DNA of 63,369 nucleotides, the filler included, from Sphacelaria rigidula (lineage: Eukaryota), in NCBI GenBank assembly GCA_964200075.2. It is 10 parts of 10 records of this genome, joined end to end, with 100 filler letters (N's around TTAATTAATTAA, not from the genome) between each part and the next. Parts side by side here need not be neighbours in the genome. Positions count along the whole stretch, not along the records: positions 25,389 to 31,635 come from CAXNAA020021252.1; positions 31,736 to 37,982 come from CAXNAA020021253.1; positions 38,083 to 44,329 come from CAXNAA020021254.1; 7 more parts are not named here. The stretch is one strand, 5' to 3'. The translations under genes and the position numbers were made by a program. Positions 25,720 to 38,227 of this stretch are shown piece after piece. The notes under the pieces were generated by a model. That model was not told the origin of the DNA. It made no database searches and was given only the letters and a program-made list of their open reading frames with translations. How positions within the stretch are numbered: position 1 is the stretch's first letter; the number at the start of each line of letters is the position of its first letter.

Positions 25720-26175
25720 ACCTGACGCGCACGTCTGGAGTATTTGCGCTTTTGTTCAGTCGCTCTGCACGCGAGTACCGCCTCCCTTTTCGGGACCGGT
25801 CATGACGTGTCCTCTTTTTCCTTGTGTGTTACATGTTGTCGGTATTCTTCTTGATTTTTCTGCCTTTTCGGTTGAGAGTTAGGAGCGAGCGCTGCATATA
25901 CCTGACCTCTCCGACTCGGATATTTGCGCTGTTGTCCAGTCGCCCTGCACGCGAGTGCCTCCTCCCTCTTCGGGACCGGTCATAACGTGTCTTTTTTCTT
26001 TGTGTGTTGTCGGTATTTTTCATGATTTTTTTTCTGCCTTTTCGGTTGAGAGTTCTAGGAGCGAGCGCTGCATATACCTGACCTCCCCGTCTGGAATAAT
26101 CGCGTTCTTGCCCACCCGCTCCGTACACGCATACCGCTTCCCCCTGCAGGATCGGTAATGACGTGTCCCCTTTTC
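25720..26175. repeat. About 180-bp tandem repeat, about 2.5 diverged units
   Basis: ctgccttttcggttgagagtt..aggagcgagcgctgcatatacctgacctc at about 25860 and 26035; cgggaccggtcat at 25791 and 25971. Confidence 0.85.
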
Positions 26176-28793
26176 GTGTGCGTACGATGTCGATTTTATA
26201 TTTTACATGGGTTGCCTGAAATGTTTTTGACCTTCTTGGCTGAAACTTTTGGACCCTGCTTGCTTCATACACACGATAACCGCTCCCGTTTACAGCGACG
26301 GTTGCCACGTGTTGTTTTCCTGCCTTGTGTTGCGGATTTTTGTTTTCGCTGGTGCCCAGCGTGCCCTTGGTTATTTATTTTGTTTTTGATGTCTGCGTTC
26401 ATGTCGGGAATTTCGCCACGAGTGTTCCAATGTTTCTGACCCTCGAGTCAAGAACACTTGGTCTACTTTTTTTTGCGAGTCCTGCCGCATGTGACCGACC
26501 TCGTGTATAGGAGGGTCACGGGTAATGCGACGCCATGATTTCTACTTTGTGATTGCTGAGTTACAGCGAGGCCACCACTGGCCGCGTCGTACATATTGGT
26601 GTTGAAGAATTGTTATTGAAGTCGCAGTAAGACCGGTTGCAAACGTCTCCTCATACACGACCATCACGCATCATGATGAGGTAGCTCGCTCTTTCGAGAC
26701 TGTCCGTTCCGCCATGTCGATTTTCGACCGTTGCTACCGCCTACAGGCTCAGAGTCCGCCACTCGCTATTTTTTCTCCTACTTTCCACCAGTTTTTTGCG
26801 TACAATTACCCGCCCCTGAAATTGGTCGGTGGTGTTTTGTTTTTCACCAGGGATTGTTGGACGAAGTAACGTGACGGTACAACCGGCTGTTGGTTTTACT
26901 CCAGTTTGTGTTCGGGCCAGACTCGTTCTAGTCCGAACGGGCAAATACTGTGAGGAGTGGGCTGCGTTGGTCCTCTCGTTCCTGTGTATTTATCGTGGTT
27001 CAGAAGTGTGCTGGGTGATCCGCCTCGGTACTACGCGGTAGGCCCGAAAGTTGTGTATGTCTGGGACGACAAAATATAACGAAATTTTCCTGTGACCCAT
27101 GACCCTCGTGCGATGTAATCGAGGTACGACCCGAAGACTCAGAATTCTACACCTGATCGCTACCGACTGCCGCTACACGAAAAGAATATTTAGAGTTTGA
27201 TCACGCAATAACCATTTCTTGAAACCTAATGGCACCCTTCCGATGACAAGATATCCCTCAGGTTGGTTTTGCACCCAATTCCCCGATATTCGGGAAGGCA
27301 ATATCCGAGTTTGTGTGGCGTAGCAATTTGTAAAGATTATCAGCTGGTGAAAAGATGGATACTGGTAGATTTGGTGAAATTATGAAAATCACAATTTTCC
27401 GGGTTTCTCATCGCCAAAAATCAATCCCCAATCTGTAGCATCTCGTGATGAACACTTGCTGTGTACCTCTTCAGTGCTTCCCTCAGTAACAGTATTTTCG
27501 TGAGATGGAGAGTACATGATTCGATCAAGAGTGAAAACGTTCAGTGAATGAATCGTTTCAGTTCCGAAATGCACTTCCACGAGGCCCAACATGATTTCTG
27601 CAATAGCTGGCCACTGAGGCCCTCGATATTCCTGGGTAGGATATCGACGTGTAGGTGTAAGCACACGCAACTCATGGAGGTAAAAAAGGCACACGAGGAA
27701 TAAAAAAATGACTCACTCAAAGCGAATGATCAAAGCCACTCTCAATCGTATCATCTACCCTCAATCTCACGAAATCAGTGGTCGGTGTTGTCTGATGCCT
27801 CGACGAGATGGACGGTGCAGGCAAATTGATGAGGGAAAATGTACGCCTGCCCAACCGCAGTTTTCGGCGACGAATAGCCCCTCACTCGAAAGACATCGAA
27901 AAGGAAGGTCTGTATTTCATGTGTTGAAATGTAGGATATCCTGCATATCCGGCAAGAACTCTAAAACCCCGCATGAAGGAATCATCGCCCCCATACTCCC
28001 CCAGATTAACGTCGGATATACTCACGCGTGGTCGCCTGGCAGACTCGCAATCCGCGGTGCTACGGAACCATGCAACCTCTGCAAAAGTCAACCAGGAGAA
28101 AGTGAGACCGCGGCAGATCATTCCTTCTCTCGTTCACCACGTTCTTGCCGAAGTGATGTAAAACCAGCGGATGTTCTCATAATTTGGGGGAGTGATGACC
28201 CCGACAGTAGCACTCGTGAGCTGTTACATACGAAAGGGGTCTCGGAGATGCGCCACTCGTGCCCCATGCTCAAGGTCATGGGGACGGAGTCAACACAGGT
28301 ACATATACCGCACAATCAGCAACCGTTCTACACCATCAACTCGAAGAAAAAATTCGGTACTCCTTACAACTCCGTTCAAACAAATTCATAACTACAAGAA
28401 TGCCTGGCTAAGCGCGACCCTGCAAGATGATCAACAGGCATACACAGGACTGACTCCACGCACCGAGAAAACTTTCCACAGACGGACACGTCCCAACAAA
28501 AACGATGCCATGTTCTCGCGGGAACGTCATATCAAGATAATGCGCAATGCCGGTGAAATGCCGACGGAGCTAGTTGGGGCACGGAAGGACCATGTCCAAA
28601 GCTTGGTCCCCGTTCATCGTGCAAACCGGGCCGCCAAACAAACATCCGGCAGTCCTCACTTTCCCATCCAACCCATTTGTAGACCCTCGACTTTGCTAGC
28701 CTACCACTTCGCCGCGTGGACTCAACGGCTGTCCCACTGTGGGTCGTCTAACGAAAATGCGGGGTAAAATTCATATTTCCACCGTCACTAGCG

Positions 28794-29029
28794 TTACAGC
28801 GCCCACATAACGCCTGCAATAAGCGCCACCGCGCACGTCGTCACAGCGCCAGCGAAAGAACGGAGTCCACCTGGGGCCGGACCTATCCCGCTCGAACCGC
28901 TCGTACCATCGACGTTAGTGGGTGCAGAGGTCATGTCCTCCGCCATTGTAGGAGCGGGACTGTGCTCCTCGTGGTCGTGCTCCTCCTGACTGTGGGTGGG
29001 TGACGGGGTGATGTCCTGCAAGATCCTCG
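28794..29029 (-). CDS. Probable terminal exon of a secreted, GPI- or tail-anchored Ser/Thr/Pro-rich protein
   Basis: ccattcag acceptor after a pyrimidine tract, then RILQDITPSPTHSQEEHDHEEHSPAPTMAEDMTSAPTNVDGTSGSSG...FAGAVTTCAVALIAGVMWAL-stop (small-residue omega region plus hydrophobic tail). Confidence 0.6.
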
Positions 29030-31060
29030 CTGAATGGATTCGATACAGACGTGCAGAAAAACGAAACATGAAGGGGAACGGTGAGGGTAGTGCACGGTTT
29101 GTTGTATAGTTCGGGTGTGTAACAAGGACGAACGAGCCAGTTGCAATCGGACCGCAGGCTAAAACATTCGAAATTACACTCGATGAAAGCGGCATGTAAA
29201 CGTTGGCGTGCTGGGCTACGACCAAGCCCGGTTGCACCTTCGAAACTGATCTGCTTTTCGAAGCGACACATCCAACCATCAAACATATTTTCCGTAATAT
29301 TGAAAGTAAAAAGCTGATGGCGATTGGCTTTCACCATTCGCTTCAACTTCACAGATGTTTTATTTTGTGTATGCTTTTTTTTTTTGAAACATCAGTGACG
29401 TGCTTACAGCGATATGCGGATATCCTACTTGGGGATATCAAGAGCTTTCGTGGCCAGCTACCATAGAAAGCTCATCGGGCATCGAGGGACGGTATTTCGG
29501 AACCGTAACGACTTCCTCACTTATTCAGCACTTCTTTGTTTTGATAGTATCTTCCCCTCTCGATCTGACGAAAACACTGTTATTGCTCGTATCGCGGCCA
29601 CTGAAGGGCTCAACACGATGTGCATTGATATCGTCGAATCGACCCCGACTCTGACGGACTTGGTAGTTCGCGAAACATTTTTACACTGAATGCCAAGACG
29701 TCGAAGTCAGTAACGGTATCTTTTTAGTGCCTCATGACACGGTTCCATTCCACTCCACCTCTTCGCCTTCAGATGCCCGTATCCGCGCCGAAAGTGCAAA
29801 CTACAGTGGATTTCATCCCGCAACTCAAAGCTGTTCACACGTTGATGGCGAAATCCGGGACGCGCGATTCAAAGCTGTATGGCCTGCCTCGTCGCCCTAG
29901 ATCAGCACAGCGGTTTGACCGTTTGCGTGATACTTCCGAAATCGGCCGTCGAATCGAGCCATGTGTTATTAGTCACCAGGCGTGTAGACAAGCATGCTGG
30001 TCGAGGTGGGAATAGCTGACCAAGGTACCTCACTCAGAATATTACTTGGGTGCCGAATAAAGAAGCAACCCAGCTATCATAAATTGAACAGCAGGTGACA
30101 TGATATCTACTCGTTCGACGTGAGACTGACGCACGTTTTTTCGTTACTGATTCATGTCGCACTCACGACATCGAAAAACATCTTCGATGCTGTGGTACAC
30201 CGTGGCTACCCCTCAAGGTGCCGAACGTTCAGCGTGGGTGTCTAGATGGCGGTGACGCTTCGAAATGACGCGGACGTCTTCACCGGTTGCACACTGCAAC
30301 CATGACTCTTCACCCAGCATCCTCATTTGGAACACTAGGGCCGTGTCTTGGATTTCATTGGATAAGATCAATCTTTGTTTCAATACCATTTATGGTCTTT
30401 GGTGCGATCCCCTCAGATTTGCATGGACATGCCGTGCCACATTGTGGCATCGGAGCAACCACTCATTTACTGGACAAACCGCTAGGGCTGCGGGCTATCT
30501 TAGCAGGATGCAGCTCATTCTTCATGCCACTCGCCGAACACATGGCGCTTCGCTCTTCGTGATTGACTGCGAGCCTGGTCCGGCGAAAACTCGGCGTGCT
30601 CCGTCCCGGCTTTGTAGGAATGCGAGGTCAACGGCCGTATGACCACGGCATGCAAGATCACTAGTACAACCACCGGGGCAGATTTGGTCAAAAAGCTTGA
30701 ACTGGCCACGCCAGCGCCAGCGGCTACGACGGAACAAGTTTTGTCTCTCGTTCGCCGGGACCACTGGCTGCTAGCTTTCAACCCTGGATGTCCTCGAAAG
30801 GGGTTGGGGGTCCGGCCTTTGCATGTGCCACGATCAACGGTATATCCATGTTACTGTTCGACCTTCAGACACCCATTTCTACTCCCCGACAACATTTTTC
30901 CAAGTACGATTTGGGGGCATCTTTGGGGTGGTGGTACCGCATTGACAGCTCTCGCGCCGTTTTAAATGAACGATCACGACCTGGGCCAGCGTCAAGCTAC
31001 GAGTAGGTGCTTCAACACAGCATACCCAGTTTACCGCATGAATCCGACGTCAACACGTCA

Positions 31061-31170
31061 CTGTGAAGTGCAGACCAACCTGCACTGTCAAGTGCAGTCC
31101 AACCTGCGAAGTGCTTCAAATCTGCACTATGAAGTGCAGACCAACCTGCTCCATCAAGTGCGAAACAACC
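31061..31170 (+). repeat. About 24-bp tandem repeat (gaagtgcagaccaacctgcactgt, 4-5 units) within a dispersed repeat
   Basis: Directly visible; the homologous locus at about 43558-43693 has a single unit. Confidence 0.75.
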
Positions 31171-31735
31171 TTGTAACACACGGTATCGCTGAATACTCGA
31201 AAAAATTATTTTCACGACGGATGAAAAGAACGAATTTGTCGGGGTTCAAGCGCCCAACATCCATGATTCTTCCTGACTTGAATTATTTAGGCTGGTTCAG
31301 CCTCATCACCCGAAAAACGCTCATCGGCAAAACGGCTCAAGGGTCATGAATTTTGCGCACATTTTGCATGGGGCATCAAGGGACTTTCGAAGGTCGTGGA
31401 TTTTCACTCCTTGACTTTTCCAACGTTCTTTAGGGATCTTCGTTTTCTCTGAGAGTATATATCCAATCGGGCCCTTGTAAAACAGAAGAAAACAAGACAA
31501 GAAAACCTATTCCATCGGAAGTTGCTCAGTGACCCACAGCACAGTTTTGCAAAACATCACGGTCGAATTCCGGGGGGTGTACTCATGATCATGCCTGCCA
31601 TAGTCATAAGACCATTGACCTCGCATCCCTACAAANNNNNNNNNNNNNNNNNNNNNNNNNNNNNNNNNNNNNNNNNNNNTTAATTAATTAANNNNNNNNN
31701 NNNNNNNNNNNNNNNNNNNNNNNNNNNNNNNNNNN

Positions 31736-34700
31736 GTTCCCAGCAGCAGCAGCAGCAGTAGCAGCAGCAGCAGGGGCAGCGGCGTCAGCAGGGGTCCGGT
31801 TCTGGGTCCGGCTCAGCCGCAGGGGCTGCTGCTCCGCAACGGGCGATGCAGGTGGGACCGACTACTCAAGTGTCGGGCTCGGTGCCGGCGCCGCCGGCAG
31901 TAGAGCAAGGCGAGATGCTTGCTGCTGAGCCGGCCGGATTTCAGCTGAAATTTGGATCCGCTGCTGCGTCGGCCGGAGTACCGCTGCAATTTGGTTCTGC
32001 GGGCGGGGCTTCGCACCCACCGGCGGTGCCGGTTACCCCAGCAGGGGCGTCTATGCATGCGCCGTACGCGCAGCCGTAGCGCCAAGTGGAGATCACGACA
32101 AATTAGTCGGCGGAACAGGTGCCGGTCGAGTATCAAGAAAAATATATTCCGGCAGAGTTATATCTCCCAAATCAATAGGCGCGGGGAGCCAAATCGGTCA
32201 ACGCTGTACTGGATTCAGGCGCCCATTTCACGAGCGTGTCGGTGCTGATTGTGGAGATGCTCGAGCGTTTACTCACTGGTGAGAAAATCCGCATTCCGTT
32301 CTCGCTCAGGGCGCGGCAGGCCATCACCGCATCGGGGCAACGTGTAAATGTCACGGAGCGTACGATTCCCCTACAGTTGGCGTTCAGGACTACCTGGGGG
32401 CCAGCGAAATTACCCCCGATATCGTTTGCGATCATGCGGGGGATGGATGGTGTCGTTTTGTTGGGCTTACCGACGCTTCGGGGACTCGGAGTCGACCCGT
32501 ATGATCGGCTGTAAGAATCCCTAAAAACGCAAATGTCGTCGCCCGGTTCGAGTGTCGAGATGCCTGCGTTTTTGGCCAATCGCAGAGTGAGCTTGTCGGT
32601 TGATGCTCTCTAGGAGGCGGGGGGGCAGGTGTCCGAGGAGCGTGATGAGGCGGTGGAACGCTTAGTGGAGCATGGCCCCGATATGTTTATGGAGCCGGCA
32701 GAAGAGGAGTTCGCGCGAATTGCTGCGGTGAAGGAAAGCGTGACGGATACTGTGGCAAATGGCTTCAACGTCTCAAAAGCGGAGCGCTTGCATGGCATAT
32801 TGTATCGCCACGTTAACGCGTTTCGTCGTGCGCTGATGGGTGATCCCCCTGCGCGCGTGGAGCCCATGAGGGTTACACTGAAGCCAGGTGCGGCCGCGGT
32901 GAGGGTAAAACCCAGGAGGCATGATCCGGTAAGGTCCGGTTGGTTGGCTTCTTGCATGGGAGCTCTTGTGGCGTTTGGTTTGGTGTTCAGGAATCTACAG
33001 GCGGCGTGGTCCAGTCCAGCGATGGCAGTGCCGAAGAAGGACTATTTCCGTCTTGTCAGCGATCACGGAGCCGTCAATGATCAGGTGGAGAAGTCGCCGG
33101 GTGTCATGCCCATTCAGGAATCCGACATTATAGACCTGTTGAGCGCGCGATCCTTCGGTAAGTTGGACCTCCTACAGGGGTACTGGCAGATGCCGTTGGC
33201 CGAACAGGCTTAAGAGATATTCACCATCACGACTCCGTTTGGCATGTTTACCCCGCAACGAGTACCGCAAGGCGTGTTGAATGCTACTTCCTATTTGCAA
33301 GGTGTCATGGTAGACCTTTTAGATGGCTTGAAATGCAAGATCTGGGTGGATGATGTCTTTTTCTTCGCGGATACGGAAGACGACCTGGATACGCTTGATG
33401 CAATATTGGCTCGCTTAGAGAGTGTTGGTCTGTTTGCAGCTGCCCACAAGTGTACCTTTTTTTCTAGTGAACTAGTGTGGTATGGGAAAGTATATTCACA
33501 CGGCCGCGTCTCGCATGACCCAGTCCGCTTGCAAGGTTTGTCTGACATGCGGCGTCCAAAAACAGCAGCAGAACAAATGCAATTCCTGCACGCAATGGTT
33601 GCGTACCTCGTTGCCACGTATGGCCGAAGTAGTGGCGCCCTTGCGCGTTTTCCTAGAAGGACTCATGGTGGGGGCTGCAGGGCGCACGAAGCGGGTGGCC
33701 AAAACCGCGTTATTCCGCCCGCGTCGTGGACGGAGGACAGGCTGCAGGCATAGGCGGAAGCGAAGGATCTGGTAGCTCATGCCGTGACGCTGTTCCATCC
33801 CCGCCCCGGTTGCCAGGTGCTGATGTTGCCGGATGCATCCGGGTGTCATTGGGGTAGTTTTGTAACGCAGGTGCCTGATGCAGAAATGCAACAACGGTTA
33901 CCGGTTGAAGACATGACGCATGAACCGCTGACTTTTCTTAGTGGTATTTTCAAGGGTTCACAGATGCGTTGGGCAACCATTGACAAGGAAAGTTTTGCTA
34001 TCGTGAGCACTTTTCGTCGTCTCGAGCATCTATTGTGGAATGGTGTGCACATTTTCGCGGATCACCGCAATCTAGCGTACATTTTCAACCCGGAGGCATG
34101 CGTGACGTCTGTGTCGAAGGCATTGGCACAACGATTGGGGGGGTGGAAAGGTGTATTAGGTCAGTATCGGTACACAATTTGTCATATTTCGGGTGAACGT
34201 AACGCGTGGGGTGACTTGCTGTCGTGCTGGGTAAATATTCCCACTATGCCCGCGCGAGCTGTGACTGAATCTGGTCCGTGTAAAGCGGATGATTCGATGT
34301 CGTCGAAATCTGTGGTCCGCCAGCTCAACGGAAAGAACTTGGGGCCACTGATGCGGATGTGCAATCCTTGGAGTCAGATGTTGGTACTGCGATTTTGGAC
34401 AACGAAGGTTTGTTTCGTGTGCATGTACGTGGCCGAAACGTGTTGTGGATTCCCAGCTCCAACAACAAATTGCACATACGTTTGATGATTTCTGCGCACA
34501 TGTGTGGCTGCGACGCTCGTGCGCTTGCAAGAGTTTTGTGTTCGGCAGGGGATAGAAACTCATGTGCGCGAGTTTGTCCGACAGTGTCTTCACTGTGCTG
34601 ATTCGAGGGCGGGTGATGTTCTTCCCCGCCCGCTCGGTGAAACGGTCCATGAGACCACGCCGAATGAAGTCGTTCATTTTGATTTCTTGTACGTGGGCGA

Positions 34701-37700
34701 GAGTGGCCCGCTAGTTTCCCAAGGTTTGTCGGAGGATGCTGGATTTCGATACATTTTGGTAATCATGGATGATTTGAGCAACTTTGTGGCTCTAGAACCA
34801 CTAGCAGTGTGTACTGCCGAATCGACCGCTGCAAATTTTCTGAATTGGTGAAAAACTTTGGGGGTGCCGCGTGTGTGGGTGTGTGATACCGCCACGCATT
34901 CAAGAACACGATCCTGACCCGCTTGCGAGAGGCATTACACGTTGATCACCGGTTTGCCGTGGCATATTCTCCGTGGTCTAACGGTACGTGCGAACGCATG
35001 GTCAAGGAAGTACTCGTGCTCTTTGATCTATTCTTCTCGAGCAGCGTCGAGAGGTGACCGAGTCGGTGGACGTGGTGCCCGCTATGCAATGAACGCTAAA
35101 TACAGCATATCGCCGTCGGTACGATAGTACGCCGTATCACGTGACGTTTGGTTGTGCACCTCGGACGTCTTTCTCGGTGTTGGTGTCCTCATCGGCGGGG
35201 GAGTGGAACTGTGATGTCTTGGACGATGCGCAACTGAAGCGTGCGTTGCAAGGAGTTTTGGAGTTGCAGGAAAGTTCCCACGTTCAAGTGCAGGAGCGTG
35301 TTGCCGCTGAACGTGAGCGTAGACGTGGGGGGTCTTCGTCGGGGCTGGAATTGCCGAATTTCAAGGTAGGCGATTATGTTTGGTATGCACGCGTGCGTCG
35401 CCCGGGAGTTACGGCTAAATTGATGGCGACGTGGGCTGGTCCGTGGAGATTGGTTGGTGCTCATCACCCGCATGTGTTTGAGATCCAGAACATTGTTTCG
35501 GGTCGTGTTCAGACCGTCCATGTAGCTCGTCTGCGTTTCAATGCAGACTCACAGCTTGATGTAACGGCAGACGTGAAGGATGTGTTTCAGCACGCTTTCA
35601 ATCAGGGGCAATTTCAGATGGCTGGGATTGTTCGCGTGGCAGAGGCAGAGGATTGTTCGTTGATCGTGATGGTCGACTGGGTTGGTTTTGAAGTCGAGGA
35701 GCGTATGTGGGAGCCTTTCACACCCTGGACAATACAATATGTTTCCAATATATATTTTAGTCGATCATATTGGAATTTTGCGAATTATTGCCGGTGCAAT
35801 ATATTTTGGTACCCTTAGACTGCACATGTATTACGCGCCCAATATATATATTGATGTCGTGAGACTGTATACATACTGCCCGCCCAATATATATTGGTAC
35901 TATTGGGTTGAACACATATTGTCCCACCAATATATATTGGGGCAGCGTGGGCGACAGCATATTGCACGACCAATATGTATTAGGGTCGCATTGATGAGAA
36001 CATATTGATCGGCCTATATATATATTGAGGTCTGCGTGGGTGATAATGTATTGGTCGGTCAATATATATTGGATACTATAAGTATCGTGTACGCTGTAAG
36101 AGAGATCCAAACGCGATGGGTGCCGGAGCCCGTGCAGATAGGGAAAAACTTGAAAGGAAGCCGCAGAAGTTCGCGTGCATCACTCCGGAGAGTTGTCGAA
36201 TGCGGTTGATGAATGTATGTGTGTATATATATATATATACGGATCAGAAAATATGGTGACAGAAGAGGCGACCCCGTATTAATGCCTCCTGATACATATC
36301 TGGTGACCGGTGCGGAGCCGCCCATCTCCTTTCCAGCATGTAATATAAATATCTTGGCTAAACATCACGACGACAAAAAACGCGGGTCGATATGCGCCTT
36401 TTGGTACCCCTGTGGTCACCGGGGCTCTGTTGCTTGTATCCTGGACAAACCAATATGTTCCAATATGATACCAATACTTTGTATTGAAGCCAGCGCAAAT
36501 ATTGTCCTTTCGATATATATATATTATGTTGAGATGTCCTCGGAGATATTGAAGCAACAACATATATTGCTCGTGTCATGATCATGAAGTAATGTATGTC
36601 AATATATATATTGGACATGCAGTTGCTCCGAGAATAAAACATTCAATGTATGTTGTGCATGCCGGCCGTGTGTGTATTGAAGTGTCGATATATATTGAGT
36701 CCAGGCGATGCGTAGCATATTGTTACCATAATATAAATGTATATATTGAACGCAAACCATGCAGAAGTGTTGTTTTTCCAATATATATTGCGCACGTTGA
36801 TCGGATAGCTATTGTGCAGCCAATATATATTGAACACGCTAGCGGAGGAGTACATTGAGCATTTTCGGCATGTAAAATACGTCTTTGAATGGCGCCCGCC
36901 AACAAAGAACTGCCAACCATACTAAATTCCGATATACTTTCCAATATATATCAAAAATCAATATATTCTGCTACACCAACATGTATTGTGACCGTCGGTT
37001 CCCTCGTGTATTATCCGCCCAATATATATTGGACGCATTGACGCACGACATATTGGAGCGGCAATATATGTTGGCGCTTCGGGTGTCGAGTTTATTGAAT
37101 GGTCAATATATATATTAAACTCGTGTGACAGCCAATATATTACTCGACAAATATATATTGGTGCTTTCTTGCACCAACATATTACTCGGCCAGAATATGT
37201 TGAGGTGGCGCGTGTCGTGATATATCGTCCGGTCGATATATATATATATATATATATTACATGTCGCGAGCCTTGACATATTGATGGCACAATATATATT
37301 GGCTCTCTCTCGTGTCATCATATCGCTCGCCCAATATATATATTGACCACCCGACGCGTCGATATATTGAGCGGGCAATATATATTATATATTGGATTGT
37401 CCAGGGTGTGGAGCCTTTTAAAAATATTTTTGAGGCCGCTCCGGAATTCCTCAAAAAGAAGTTGCGTAAGGTGCGAGTGATTCGTTCTATTGCTGCTCGC
37501 ATTACGCGTGAGTTTGGTATTCAGTTGTGACTTGCTCAATCGTTTTGGCGTTAATTTTCTGAGTGTCAAGCTTGTTGCTCGATTCTCCCCCAACGCGCTT
37601 TGGGGGTGCTGTGACGAAATCACGCCGTCACGTTGAGTATATATTGATGATATGGATGATGACTTCGGATCTGTAGTGATGATCTGGATGATGACATGGG

Positions 37701-37982
37701 CACGGGGGTGATACCTTCATGTGGGTTATGGAGCGTATGTGCCTGGCTGGCACTCCAAGATAGTAAATGGTGTTGTGAAGGCTAACAACTGAAACCTGAG
37801 GCCAGTGGAACTGGGAAGTCCCTCAACAGCATTAGACGCTGCAGTACTAGCAACCTGCTGGCGTCACAAGTCTGAAACCAGCTACCATGCGCTGCTTAGC
37901 CGTTTTCTTTGTGGCAGCTTTGAAGTTGGTTAGGGGGGGTGTACTCATGATCATGCATGCCATAGTCATAAGACCATTGACC
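31736..37982 (+). mobile_element. Degenerate chromodomain-bearing Ty3/gypsy LTR retrotransposon (gag end-PR-RT-RNaseH-IN-chromodomain-PPT-3' LTR start)
   Basis: PR AVLDSGA (DSG 32212-32220); RT AWSSPA..KLDLLQGYWQ..RVPQG..WVDD (33343-33354); RH DASGCHWG..DKESFAIV..DHRNL; IN CLHC..HFDFL..MDDLS; chromodomain VDWVGFEVEERMWEPFKNI; PPT ttaggggggg then TG-starting LTR at 37940. Several in-frame stops and frameshifts. Confidence 0.95.
35719..37410. mobile_element. 1692-bp non-autonomous TIR DNA transposon inserted in the gypsy chromodomain; 8-bp TSD GAGCCTTT
   Basis: TIRs cacaccctggacaatacaatat / atattggattgtccagggtgtg; GAGCCTTT at 35711-35718 and 37411-37418; removing the element and one TSD copy restores ERMWEPFKNIFEAAPEFLKKKL. 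Confidence 0.95.
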
Positions 37983-38227
37983 NNNNNNNNNNNNNNNNNN
38001 NNNNNNNNNNNNNNNNNNNNNNNNNNTTAATTAATTAANNNNNNNNNNNNNNNNNNNNNNNNNNNNNNNNNNNNNNNNNNNNGTCTTTTGTCCCGGCGAT
38101 TTGCGTGTAGTGTTGGCCTCCCCCAACCGCCCCCTTTTTTTTTTGGGGGGGGGGGGAGGGGGGAGGGGGGAGGCTATCGTAAAAGTGTCAGTGGTGTAGC
38201 AACGGTCACCCGACGCTATCCTCATAC

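Noticed and set aside
31572..37982. LTR start at 31578 as the 5' LTR of the gypsy element, giving a complete two-LTR element
   Set aside because: A linker separates them and the pieces are different contigs; the match reflects contig breaks in a high-copy LTR.
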